Positions 1 through 9,362 of a DNA stretch of 64,000 bases are shown piece after piece. Origin of the DNA: Giardia intestinalis (lineage: Eukaryota); assembly GCA_000002435.2 (NCBI GenBank), contig CM018792.1; one strand, 5' to 3'. The notes beneath the pieces are model-generated. The model saw only the letters and a program-made list of their open reading frames with translations, had not been told where the DNA came from and did not search any database. The translations under genes were made by a program, and so were the position numbers. The stretch's first letter is position 1. Each line of letters begins with the position of its first letter.

Positions 1-1040
1 TCATTAGCATCATCTGAGTCTTGAAGTTGCCTTCTGAGCTCCCTTATAGTGTCGTTTGCTTCCTGGAGCATCATGTCTTTCTCCCGAAGCTCAGAATGCA
101 GAGCTTTGGCTTGGTTTCGATATTTTTCCACCTGGGACAGGTCAAATTTTTCTTGAAACTCTGCCAGCGATTCACCGTAAAGCGAGACCCCACTAAGATG
201 GTTGGTATAGGACCCAGGGCTTGGATCTTTGATGGAAAATGTTACTGATCCTTTTTGCTTGGCACTAGATACAGTGCTGCGCTGAACAGAATTTGCTCCC
301 AGATCAGCAATTCTAAGAGTCATGTCTTCATGTGCATGCTCACTCTGGTCCTCTCGCAATACATTGCTTCGGCCAAAGCTAGAAAGAGAAAGAGGAACTA
401 ATATGCGAAAAGATTTGGTGAAGATGTTGTTTTTTAGATTACCTGATGGGTCGATGATGTCCTTTGTTGTGATTTCGGGCGCTGAAAGCCCTCGTTTGCG
501 AATTATCCGGTTTAAATGGCGCATGTCGGAAATGTACAGACATATGATCTCTTCTGCTGCCTTGTTATATGAGTAAATATCATCTCCAAGAGACCTCTCG
601 TGTCTGTTGACAAGGAAGGCCTCAGCAAGCTCCTCCTTTTGGCTGTGCGTGATGGGCGAATCAGAGACAAACTCCAGTGGAATTCTGGCTTCGCTTGATA
701 AGATGGCCATTATCTTTGACGAAAAGAGCTGGGCAAGCTCTCTTTTCTTGAGAATGCCTTGCAGGTCAACGTGGCGAAACGGCAGAAGCCCCTTCAAGTA
801 ACAGCACACTGAAGAAAGATCAGTTAAATATATGTCCATTGTGTTAAAGTACAGCCTCCTGGCAAGCTCCTTTTGATTCCTAATGAGCGACCTATTCGTC
901 TTGACATTATGGGCCTTGATTGCCTCCAAGATGTTAGTCTGGTCTAGGACGCCCCAGTTAACACTTACGGTGATGTCTGGAGTACGTGCGCGCGTGCTTC
1001 TTGACACTTGAGCACTTTCTGGCTTGTTAGACGATCGCAT
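1..1040 (-). CDS. Hypothetical coiled-coil protein, partial (ATG at 1040..1038; 3' end runs off the window start)
   Basis: The reverse strand was translated by hand from the ATG (plus-strand cat at 1038-1040) down to position 1 with no stop (MRSSNKPESAQVSRSTRARTPDITVSVNWGVLDQTNILEA...ELRRQLQDSDDAN). It is absent from the ORF track because it is truncated at the window edge. The plus-strand ORFs at 21..801 lie inside it. Confidence 0.5.
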   Translation of the reverse strand, partial: MRSSNKPESAQVSRSTRARTPDITVSVNWGVLDQTNILEAIKAHNVKTNRSLIRNQKELARRLYFNTMDIYLTDLSSVCCYLKGLLPFRHVDLQGILKKRELAQLFSSKIMAILSSEARIPLEFVSDSPITHSQKEELAEAFLVNRHERSLGDDIYSYNKAAEEIICLYISDMRHLNRIIRKRGLSAPEITTKDIIDPSGNLKNNIFTKSFRILVPLSLSSFGRSNVLREDQSEHAHEDMTLRIADLGANSVQRSTVSSAKQKGSVTFSIKDPSPGSYTNHLSGVSLYGESLAEFQEKFDLSQVEKYRNQAKALHSELREKDMMLQEANDTIRELRRQLQDSDDAN

Positions 1041-1734
1041 TTTTTGAGTTAACGTGTGGCCAACTCAATTAAAGTGAGCCTTCAATCTTCTCTGCTAATC
1101 TTCCATAAGATTGTGGCCAGCTCACCAGCCGCAGTGTCAACAGAGCTGAGGCCTTCGTCGAACGATCTGGGTTATTGTGTAAGGGTGCAGTATGCTAGAG
1201 TTGAGTGACCCATTGATCGTCTGACAACGTTAATGTAGACCGTCAGTATGTAATTAAACAAGATATGCAGACGAAGCGCCCCATTTCAGCCTATGCAATC
1301 TGCAATATAATTCAAAAAAGTATTTGAATAAATATGTTTACAAGTATCCATATTCTCCTTCAGCCCTTTATAGAGGTTTTAGTATGGTTTTCTAGTAAAC
1401 CATCGAGCTGAGCTCTCTACATTATACAGTGTCTCTATGTTCAAGGAGGTAACCAACCTGTCCATGCAAAAGCTCAAACCTTCCATGGCGACTTTATCTG
1501 TTGGCAATCAACAAGGACAACCCCGACGTCATCACTGTCTAAGGAAGCTGGTGCCGCATGATTTAACTTTCAAACACTGCTTGATCGGAAGTCAACAACT
1601 ATCGTTATCTTAAGTTAAATAAAATATTAAATTGTGTACATTTATCTCAATCCGTTATAGGACTGGGTAGGGCTCTTCTCAACGTCTATGAAAGTGGGCG
1701 TGTGCTGCCCTGGAGTGGTCAGTGGCAGGACCCT

Positions 1735-2580
1735 TTAGTTATTTAAGTGCATCTTAAAGGAGTGGAGCAGGCGGCGCAAGCTCCATCGAATAAAAAGCTC
1801 AGCGGCTCGTTTGACGAAAAGTGCCCGTGCAGCCACAGCTAGCACAGGATGGTTTGGGTCAAGAATCAAGGTAACGTCTAAATCTGGTTGTTCAAATGCT
1901 TGGAGGAAGAGTTCGCAGGTAGGAGCTGCCACACAAGGCAGCAGCTCCTTAAGATAAGAGTACTCCTCTGTTTCCGCAACATCATATAAGGACGCATCAA
2001 TGGGCCCTGCTGGGCCATGAGAATAAAAGATATCGTCGACAAGAGTACCCAGCGTGATCTCTGCGCGTCCTTGGAAGGATCTGAAAAGAATTACGGCTTT
2101 TAAATCAAAAGTGGTTCCACCAACTTCAAGCTGGAGTGAAAGGGTAACAGTGACGAGACCCGTAATGTAAATATTGGCTAATATTATGGACTGACCTGGC
2201 TCCAATCGCACATCAGGAGACGCAGCTCTGAGAGATATGTTTTCAAACAAGCAATCATCCACACGCAGAGACCAGAATCTGGTGCTAGAATGCAGCAACT
2301 CAGGTGAGTCAAGGTCTGAAAGCCGTAGAGATGCAGTTGGCGCAGAATCCGTGGGATTGCCGGCAGAAAGAATTGTATTGACGCGTCTGATGGCTGCAGC
2401 AATGTTTGGGCCCGTAAGGAACGTCCGTAGAAGCGCGTACAGGAGCCTATCGAGAACCGACGCGTCGCGAGGGAGTGGTGCGACTGTGTGCATGGCTGGA
2501 TGGACAGCGGAGCTAGACATACTATCAGAGAGCCCAGATAAAAGAAGCACAAACGAGGCGAGAAGAGCCGGCGTCTCCAT
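1735..2580 (-). CDS. Hypothetical secreted protein with N-terminal signal peptide
   Basis: ORF 1735..2583 begins with a TTG alternative start. The first ATG is at 2580..2578 and gives METPALLASFVLLLSGLSDS..., which is hydrophobic and signal-peptide-like. No recognisable family. Confidence 0.5.
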   Translation of the reverse strand: METPALLASFVLLLSGLSDSMSSSAVHPAMHTVAPLPRDASVLDRLLYALLRTFLTGPNIAAAIRRVNTILSAGNPTDSAPTASLRLSDLDSPELLHSSTRFWSLRVDDCLFENISLRAASPDVRLEPGQSIILANIYITGLVTVTLSLQLEVGGTTFDLKAVILFRSFQGRAEITLGTLVDDIFYSHGPAGPIDASLYDVAETEEYSYLKELLPCVAAPTCELFLQAFEQPDLDVTLILDPNHPVLAVAARALFVKRAAELFIRWSLRRLLHSFKMHLNN

Positions 2581-2592
2581 CAAGACAAAAAA

Positions 2593-4173
2593 ATGACCAC
2601 TTCTCTAAAAGCATCTAGGTCTGGGCTTCCTGACCTGGTCACACACGAAGAAGCTCTTGAGCAGGAAGAGTTTGACAAGCATTATCAACCCCTCCAAGTC
2701 ACTTCCACAGGTCACGTCATACGGCCAGGAGAACCCGGGTATACACCTCCAGAGAGTGCCGTGAGCAAGAGTACAGCATATTCACGATCGCGGTCGCGAC
2801 CGAGCACAGCAGAAAATAGACCTCTAACATATACGGAGCTTGTCCAGCGTAGCGAATCCCTGGCGGCCGAGGTTGCATCTCTGACCGCAGAGCTCGCCAG
2901 AAACCGCGAATACCTTGCATACCAGCAAGATAGCTTCACAGTTCGTGAACGTGAACTTCGTGCGACGATTGCAAAATTGGAAGAGAAGGTTGCAGGAGAA
3001 AACCGCGTTGGCGCACATCCTGAAATAGCCGAATTAGGGCACCTGCGGCGCTCAATTCGAGCACAAATAGAAGCAATGCAACACCGTAAGCGGCAGGAGC
3101 TTGCAGCCCGAGAAACCCAGACAAAGTCTGAATTCTTAATGAAAATCTGTCAACTCGAGAATAATCTAGCAGAACTTAGAAATGAAAACGGAACTCTGAA
3201 GGCTGAGAATGCTGACAAAGGTCTTTCTCGCGAGCTGTTGGCAGAGCTTCTCTTTTTGCGTCAGGAATGTAAGCGACTTTCCACCGTTCTGGATGCAAAG
3301 GAGGACATACTTTTCAATCTCAGGACTGCACGAGAACTTGATAGCGAAGAGCTAACTGCACTGCGCGTTCAGTTGGCGGTTGCCCAAAGGGATTATACTA
3401 ATCTTTGCCGTAAGGTGGAACTTGCACAAGAAATTCAGCGCATTAGTGCTCAATTCTCAGATGTCTCTGCGCTTGATGAAGCTATTATTGGTGCGCTGGC
3501 GAGTAGCGCACCGGGACCCGCGCGCCCCGCCTCTGCTGCTCAGTCTAGACCGTCGTCCGTATCACGTGTAGATGCTATCAATCGAGTTCTTAACCGCCTT
3601 ACAGCAGAAAACCATTATTATTCTGCGGATAATACTGTTAAGCACTCTACACCCAGTGACATACGGCCAGCAACAGCCAAGCCACCTAAGGAACCCGAGG
3701 GAGATATCCGATCCCGCATGTTTAAGCGCCGCGATCAAATACAACACCTCGAGGATGAAAATAGACAGCTCAAAGTCGCGCTTCGAGCGGCTATGATGCA
3801 CGCACGCCATGCACGTGAGGACCGCCTGCGACTAGCCACGACGCCAGCCCCCGTGAGAACCCTTGTTGCAGGGTGCTTCAAAGATGTTGAGCATGAGATC
3901 AATGAATTATCACAGAACCGGATACCCGAGGGATATGAGAAGAGCATAAACATAGATGGGCGTCATACCTTCCAGGGACTGAACCCCCGAGATAGAGACG
4001 CATTTCTTTTAAAGCTTTATGGTCAGCGGGATCTTCTTCGCATGGCCTCGCAAGCACTCCTTGTTGAGGAAAGCATGCTTCTGGCAGGGAAGACTCGTGC
4101 CCAGGAAGTTTTTGCTGACACTCGTATCCGCAGCGCATCCCAGTTTTCTCTGGATCCTGCCACCATGAAATAG
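2593..4173 (+). CDS. Hypothetical coiled-coil protein (526 aa)
   Basis: ATG at 2593 follows an A-rich stretch (caagacaaaaaaATG). Long heptad-like segments (LAAEVASLTAELARNREYLAYQQ..., NNLAELRNENGTLKAEN...). No enzymatic motif. Confidence 0.55.
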   Translation: MTTSLKASRSGLPDLVTHEEALEQEEFDKHYQPLQVTSTGHVIRPGEPGYTPPESAVSKSTAYSRSRSRPSTAENRPLTYTELVQRSESLAAEVASLTAELARNREYLAYQQDSFTVRERELRATIAKLEEKVAGENRVGAHPEIAELGHLRRSIRAQIEAMQHRKRQELAARETQTKSEFLMKICQLENNLAELRNENGTLKAENADKGLSRELLAELLFLRQECKRLSTVLDAKEDILFNLRTARELDSEELTALRVQLAVAQRDYTNLCRKVELAQEIQRISAQFSDVSALDEAIIGALASSAPGPARPASAAQSRPSSVSRVDAINRVLNRLTAENHYYSADNTVKHSTPSDIRPATAKPPKEPEGDIRSRMFKRRDQIQHLEDENRQLKVALRAAMMHARHAREDRLRLATTPAPVRTLVAGCFKDVEHEINELSQNRIPEGYEKSINIDGRHTFQGLNPRDRDAFLLKLYGQRDLLRMASQALLVEESMLLAGKTRAQEVFADTRIRSASQFSLDPATMK

Positions 4174-4229
4174 AGGCACCGATGCCAATCCGTCTGCGCA
4201 CATAAGCGCAAACAGTTATTGTCATTTTA

Positions 4230-7200
4230 CTAGTAGGTCAGGTCGTCATCCAATCCCCATGCAATCTCTCGAATTGTTGAACCTCCAGGTTCCATTGAGA
4301 TTTTGTAGGCGCGCGTATTGGTATTGTTAGTTGCTGCAATAAGAGCATCGCGAAACTCTAGACTGTGCGTGATGACAACAACCTGGGTGTTTTGTGCGCT
4401 AGATATAAAATCAGCCAGCACGTGGGCTAAGTTTTTGTTGTTTTCTTTGTCTAGATAGTTTGTAGGTTCGTCTAACACAATGAATGAGAAGGGCGACATG
4501 GAAATATAACTAAAAGATAGTCGTAGAAGAATGGAAAGAAGGACTTGTTGCCCTGACGAGCATGCTTCTCGAAACGAGCGAACCACAGGACAATCGGTGT
4601 CCGGGTTGGTGCATATGGCCTGCAGCTCGATTACGTCTTTTGCCTTGTCGCCTGTTCCTACTTGAGTGATTGCAAGGCGTACAGTTGATATTTCGTTTCT
4701 CGTGGCTCCTGTACGAGCATAGCACTGATTCCACAGTGATTGGAGCTTGCTGTTCAGCTTTTTCAGAAGCATGTGCTTGAACTCCTTCACAGTTCGCTGC
4801 ATGAGTATTGAAAGCGTACTTGCCCCCTTGACTATCAAAAGGGACGCCTTGCTCTGTGCATACCTTTCTACTGCCGTGTGCAGTTCTCCCTTTAGTCGTT
4901 CATGTTGCTTTTTCTGTTCTCCTGTTACTCCCTCCTTTTTATATAATTCCATTGCTGATTGGCTTCTTGCACTCTCATATAGAGAAGACATGGTTGTAAG
5001 ACCATTCAGCACATCCCCAAGCGTCTGGCACTTGTTGGTGAGCTCTTCCTCTGTTCTCTTAACCATGTTCAGCAGCTCTCCACAGCAAGTGTATTCTATG
5101 GATCCAGCAAATTGTAAGCGAACCCTATCTAACAATGCTAGCAGCTTTGATAGAAATTCATCGACAATAGCGTACTCTTCCAAAATAGCTAGTATTGTCT
5201 GCAAGCAAAGGGTTTTGTCGTGTGCTACCTGATAGCTGCTTGCTGCGGATTCAATCTCTGTGGCTGAAGGAGATTTTTTGATCTTCTCTAGTGCCTCCTT
5301 CATCCCTAAGAACTCCGCATGAGTAAGAGGCACAGTAGCAGACTCTGATAGCGAGATCTGCGTAGTATCAAGAATCAGCGCATCGACCTCCTCTTTCAAT
5401 GCGTCCATCTTTAGCGACAGCTTCTTTCGCTCTTCGCCATAATGCTTTAACTTCTCACCGATTTGCATGTCTTCTTTAACCAGTTTCTGTGCATAGTTTA
5501 TGCTGTACGGCTGCCCATCAATAGACGTCGCAAGAAACTGCTCCTTGAGCTCTGATATCTCTAACCGCATAGAGCTGGCGCGACTCTCTAGCTCTTCAGA
5601 CTCTTGCTTCACTAATACAAGGCTGTTCTCCTCGTCGCTAAGCTGTATCCTTAGGCTATTCAGTTCATTTTCAGAGTCGACACGTGTGCTTTCTAAACCC
5701 TTTGCAGCTAGGATAAGTTTATCAAAGAATGCATTAATTGTATCTATTATTGTGCAGCAATCTGCAGATTGGTACTCCAATTGAGGTATCAGCAATGGAA
5801 AGGAGTCACATGTTACCGTATTCGTTGGCACGCCGCAAAGTATCTGATAGAGTGTATCGTCTGCTCTATCACCACTGCTCGATATCTCATTGTTGTCGAG
5901 CATGATTTTATGCATGACCTGTCCGTTCTTTTCTAATTCAAGTAGCTCAACATGAGCTTTATCAAAAGGTATGTTTAAATTTTGGCAACTTAGTGCAATC
6001 GGTAGTATATTACTAAAGGCACCGAGTGCCGAAACTATCGCGTTGACAAGGTCTGCTTTTTGCTGGGCCATGTCTTGTTTATATTCGTCCAAAAAGCCTT
6101 CGAATAGAACCAGCATATTTTTAGCCATCTCCTCAGAAATCTTAGCACGCTTGTTAATGTAAACAGAAAAGTCGTTGCGGAGTGTAGGAATAACAGTGAT
6201 TATGTTCCCCGTTGTGGTAAGCCACTTTTGTAACGCGTCAGAGACGCTTCTCACCATTTTGGTAAGGCTTCCTGGCAAATCGTCAGAGGTAGAAAACAAG
6301 AACCTAAGCTCTATACCAATGCAATCTTTAATTTTGTTATTAATAAAATTAAGGGCATTGTTCAAAAGAGTTAAACAGTCAGACGAGATTCCCTCAGTGA
6401 TATTGGTTAAGATATCTATGTGGGGGTAGCCCATACAATCCAAGCATGATTTTAGCTTAGTCCAGTTTTCTTCCCACGTAAGCATGACAAGCCTACAGGC
6501 ACTCCCGATATCCTGTTCTGGATTTCTTTGATGGTTCAGCGTAACAAGGAGGAGTGCGGGAAGATATGTTAAAAGATCAAGTCCGCTGAGAGTATCTCTA
6601 ATTTTGGTTAATTCTTCTGATGACACGTAGTGGTTGGCACAAAGATACAGTAAGCGCTCGTGAACCTTTTGCTGTTGCGTAGCACTCGTTCTGAGGTTAG
6701 TGCATCTATTAGACAACTCTTGAAGTCTATTTCTTTTCGAGCTTTCTTCGTATTCAACATTCTGAAGCTCAGCTAACTTGTCAGAAAGAGAGCCAGACAA
6801 GGATACGAGTATCGATGTGGCCTCGCGGCTACGCTCTTCCGCAGTAACTGCGTTATCTAAAACAGCTATAGACTCCCTAATGGCCTCCAGATCGCGCTGC
6901 TTCTGTGCTATATTATCATTAATTACATCGTCAATGGCAGATACCTTCATGCAGATCATCGAAAGCTCTAGACAGAGGCTTTCAAGACCGCTGATATTGT
7001 CAAGGCTCTCGTTGGGTTCAAGACCACTGGGATAGTCTATAATATTTTGATAAAATGATTCTATCAGATTGCGCTTCGTATTAATGTGCACATTATCTGA
7101 CGTTGCTACAGCTGTGTAGACATCTCTGTGGCTGCTCTTTATCGTTGACAACTGTGCCAGCATAGCTCTGTACTTATCGACAAACCTTGGAATAGATTGA

Positions 7201-8393
7201 GGGTCACATTCTGCTTTAAGCTTCTCCCATTGTGCCAAAAGCATGCTTTCTTGAAGGAGTGAATCGCTTGCTAGCTTAGAAAATATGCTCTTGGCGTCGT
7301 CCAGCTGAACGTGAGAGCCAGAAATGTTGTGTGCTTTAAGAGTATTAGTGTATGCTTCTGCAAGTGCAGTATCTTCTGATCGCAAATTCAGGTACAGAAC
7401 TAGACTATCACCACTGGCGCATATTTTCTGAGAAAGGAGCGTAGAAATAGGAAGCTCGGCCAATTGCATCTGACGTGACTTACGGTCTTTGGCGATATCC
7501 CGATGATCGCTGTTTGCAGCACAAAGTCCAAGAAGTTTAGAGAGGTCAGTCCCAGCTTTAGCAAGGCTTGCAAAGTCAGTAGTAAACATGGTCAGCAACT
7601 CATGTTCCCTCCTCAGCTTGTCTCTGCACTGCTCTTCGTTAGCCATTTCCTTAGTAAGCTTGTGCAGTTCTCCTTCTTGATCGGCGACAGCCTTTAGTGC
7701 TGTGGTGTAACACACCTCGGAAGAAGCCAGCTCCTTTGGGGGCGGATGGAACTCTTTGGATAGCTTGGTGAAACGATCAAGGTTGAGTATTTGATCAGTG
7801 GACTTGCTAATTTCCTCCGGTGTCTCGAACATCCAGTGGCTTTTGGTCTCACTGCATATTAGGCAATATTGAAACAGCCCATCACACAGTTGCAGAGCAG
7901 AGGATAACTCAGGAGAATCGGGTGTTCTGTTTCTCCGTGTAGAACTTACCTTATCCCCTCCTCCACGCTTAATGGTTCGTGTAAGTTCAAGAAGCACCTG
8001 ATTGCTTTTCAGGGATGTCATGGGTATTCCCTTTACACTCTTTCCTCTGGTACTCTTCTTGCAATCAACCTTCTTGCAATTAACGGCCTCCTTTAAAGGG
8101 GGCTCAAAACCAGGATCTTCTATTGTCTTTGAGTTCGCCTCCGAAGTATTTGGTTCGTGTCTCAAAATACATTGCATAAGCATTACTGCGTTCTCTGGGG
8201 CAACCTTTGGCTCTATACGGTCATACACGGGTCTTTCCTGACTCAAAAGATATAGTAGAGCTTCAAGCAGGGTACTCTTCCCTGCACCATTATGACCGGT
8301 AATAATCGTCAAGTTAGGAGAAAAAACAATGGTACTAAGCTGGTCTCTGTAGCTTCTGATGTTCTTAAGCGTCAGCTGGTCAAGGTAGTACAT
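4230..8393 (-). CDS. RAD50: Rad50-like SMC-family ABC ATPase (1387 aa)
   Basis: ATG verified at 8393. The N-terminal LTLKNIRSY...IVFSPNLTIITGHNGAGKSTLLEALLYL is a Rad50-type Walker A lobe. The C-terminal CSSGQQVLLSILLRLSF...FIVLDEPTNYLD matches the Rad50 signature and Walker B (CSAGQK...LALDEPTTNLD). A long central coiled coil carries a CxxC (SCLDCMGY, aa 650-653, nt 6435..6446) at about the midpoint where the zinc hook sits. Confidence 0.75.
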   Translation of the reverse strand: MYYLDQLTLKNIRSYRDQLSTIVFSPNLTIITGHNGAGKSTLLEALLYLLSQERPVYDRIEPKVAPENAVMLMQCILRHEPNTSEANSKTIEDPGFEPPLKEAVNCKKVDCKKSTRGKSVKGIPMTSLKSNQVLLELTRTIKRGGGDKVSSTRRNRTPDSPELSSALQLCDGLFQYCLICSETKSHWMFETPEEISKSTDQILNLDRFTKLSKEFHPPPKELASSEVCYTTALKAVADQEGELHKLTKEMANEEQCRDKLRREHELLTMFTTDFASLAKAGTDLSKLLGLCAANSDHRDIAKDRKSRQMQLAELPISTLLSQKICASGDSLVLYLNLRSEDTALAEAYTNTLKAHNISGSHVQLDDAKSIFSKLASDSLLQESMLLAQWEKLKAECDPQSIPRFVDKYRAMLAQLSTIKSSHRDVYTAVATSDNVHINTKRNLIESFYQNIIDYPSGLEPNESLDNISGLESLCLELSMICMKVSAIDDVINDNIAQKQRDLEAIRESIAVLDNAVTAEERSREATSILVSLSGSLSDKLAELQNVEYEESSKRNRLQELSNRCTNLRTSATQQQKVHERLLYLCANHYVSSEELTKIRDTLSGLDLLTYLPALLLVTLNHQRNPEQDIGSACRLVMLTWEENWTKLKSCLDCMGYPHIDILTNITEGISSDCLTLLNNALNFINNKIKDCIGIELRFLFSTSDDLPGSLTKMVRSVSDALQKWLTTTGNIITVIPTLRNDFSVYINKRAKISEEMAKNMLVLFEGFLDEYKQDMAQQKADLVNAIVSALGAFSNILPIALSCQNLNIPFDKAHVELLELEKNGQVMHKIMLDNNEISSSGDRADDTLYQILCGVPTNTVTCDSFPLLIPQLEYQSADCCTIIDTINAFFDKLILAAKGLESTRVDSENELNSLRIQLSDEENSLVLVKQESEELESRASSMRLEISELKEQFLATSIDGQPYSINYAQKLVKEDMQIGEKLKHYGEERKKLSLKMDALKEEVDALILDTTQISLSESATVPLTHAEFLGMKEALEKIKKSPSATEIESAASSYQVAHDKTLCLQTILAILEEYAIVDEFLSKLLALLDRVRLQFAGSIEYTCCGELLNMVKRTEEELTNKCQTLGDVLNGLTTMSSLYESARSQSAMELYKKEGVTGEQKKQHERLKGELHTAVERYAQSKASLLIVKGASTLSILMQRTVKEFKHMLLKKLNSKLQSLWNQCYARTGATRNEISTVRLAITQVGTGDKAKDVIELQAICTNPDTDCPVVRSFREACSSGQQVLLSILLRLSFSYISMSPFSFIVLDEPTNYLDKENNKNLAHVLADFISSAQNTQVVVITHSLEFRDALIAATNNTNTRAYKISMEPGGSTIREIAWGLDDDLTY

Positions 8394-8414
8394 AATAAGT
8401 TTACATTGAGGTAC

Positions 8415-9359
8415 TCAAAGGAGGACCTGCTCTAACAGGTCCAGGTACATCTGTCTAAGCTCGTAGTAGTGGAGCTCAAGTGCCTGTTGTGGACCAGCTC
8501 CTGATGCAAGTCGATCTTTAATGGCGTGCATCAGTGTCATGATGCGGTCCGCTTCAGCAACTACATCTTGCGATGCATGAAACAGAGCTACTTGGGAGGG
8601 TCGTCCTGCTGTTCCAAGATATCCACTATATGGTCTCTGCCCCATATGCATCGACCCTGGATGCTGGTACAGAGCCAGTTGTGATACTGGGAGGGAAGAT
8701 CCATACTCCGTTGCAGGCACTACTCTTGCTGCTCTTCTGCTCTCTGGAGGCTGCTGGGATCCCTTATGTCGATGCCTAGTAGTCTGGACCCTGGAGTCAC
8801 CAACAGACCGCGTGATCCTGTTATCAAATGTATCGTCTAGAAGGATAGAGCTCTTTGTTTCTAAGGAGACGTTAGTCAGATCAGATAATAGAGTCATGTA
8901 GTCATCAGATGGGGTGGAAACTTGCGTAGCAGATGAGGGCTGTGGAATCGATGTGGTCGGCTGCCGGACTGGCACGTCCGACTGACTTTCTGTTACTGTG
9001 CTTACCTTCAGTGGATAGTTGAAGAGCTGCGTTGAAAAGTTCCCGTAGGACGGGGGAACGTCATTGGTCTCAAGGCTCTGTTGAGATTCAGTGACCGTTT
9101 TGCTTGGTGTGGGCAAGTACTGGGTCGTAAGAGATGGCTCTGGAAGGACAGAGCTTATCTTATCCGGAAGATTGACACTTCCTCGGATATAGGATGAGCT
9201 ATTGACGGGTATATTGGCAGGGCTTTCAAGACAAGGTTGCTCGTCATCTGGCTGATTACCGAGCTTTGCATCTCCTTTGCTAGTGTTCTGAGAACATGGC
9301 GTATAGTCTGGAAGCAGAAATACGGCCTTGTTATGCAGATAAGCTGACAGCGTATCCAT
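8415..9359 (-). CDS. Hypothetical Ser/Thr/Pro-rich protein (314 aa)
   Basis: ATG verified at 9359. Low-complexity S/T/P-rich centre with a helical C-terminus. Its stop is only 21 bp upstream of the Rad50 ATG. Confidence 0.45.
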   Translation of the reverse strand: MDTLSAYLHNKAVFLLPDYTPCSQNTSKGDAKLGNQPDDEQPCLESPANIPVNSSSYIRGSVNLPDKISSVLPEPSLTTQYLPTPSKTVTESQQSLETNDVPPSYGNFSTQLFNYPLKVSTVTESQSDVPVRQPTTSIPQPSSATQVSTPSDDYMTLLSDLTNVSLETKSSILLDDTFDNRITRSVGDSRVQTTRHRHKGSQQPPESRRAARVVPATEYGSSLPVSQLALYQHPGSMHMGQRPYSGYLGTAGRPSQVALFHASQDVVAEADRIMTLMHAIKDRLASGAGPQQALELHYYELRQMYLDLLEQVLL

Positions 9360-9362
9360 TTT

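Noticed and set aside
21-801. Three plus-strand ORFs (75, 84 and 64 aa) at the window start
   Set aside because: They lie entirely inside the hand-translated minus-strand partial gene 1..1040, which reads without stops. They are short and have no motifs, so they are antisense-frame artefacts.
1236-1243. GTATGTAA resembling a Giardia 5' splice site in the 1041..1734 ORF-free tract
   Set aside because: It does not match the extended GTATGTT consensus. No CTRACACACAG-like branch or acceptor follows within 250 nt, and no exons flank it.
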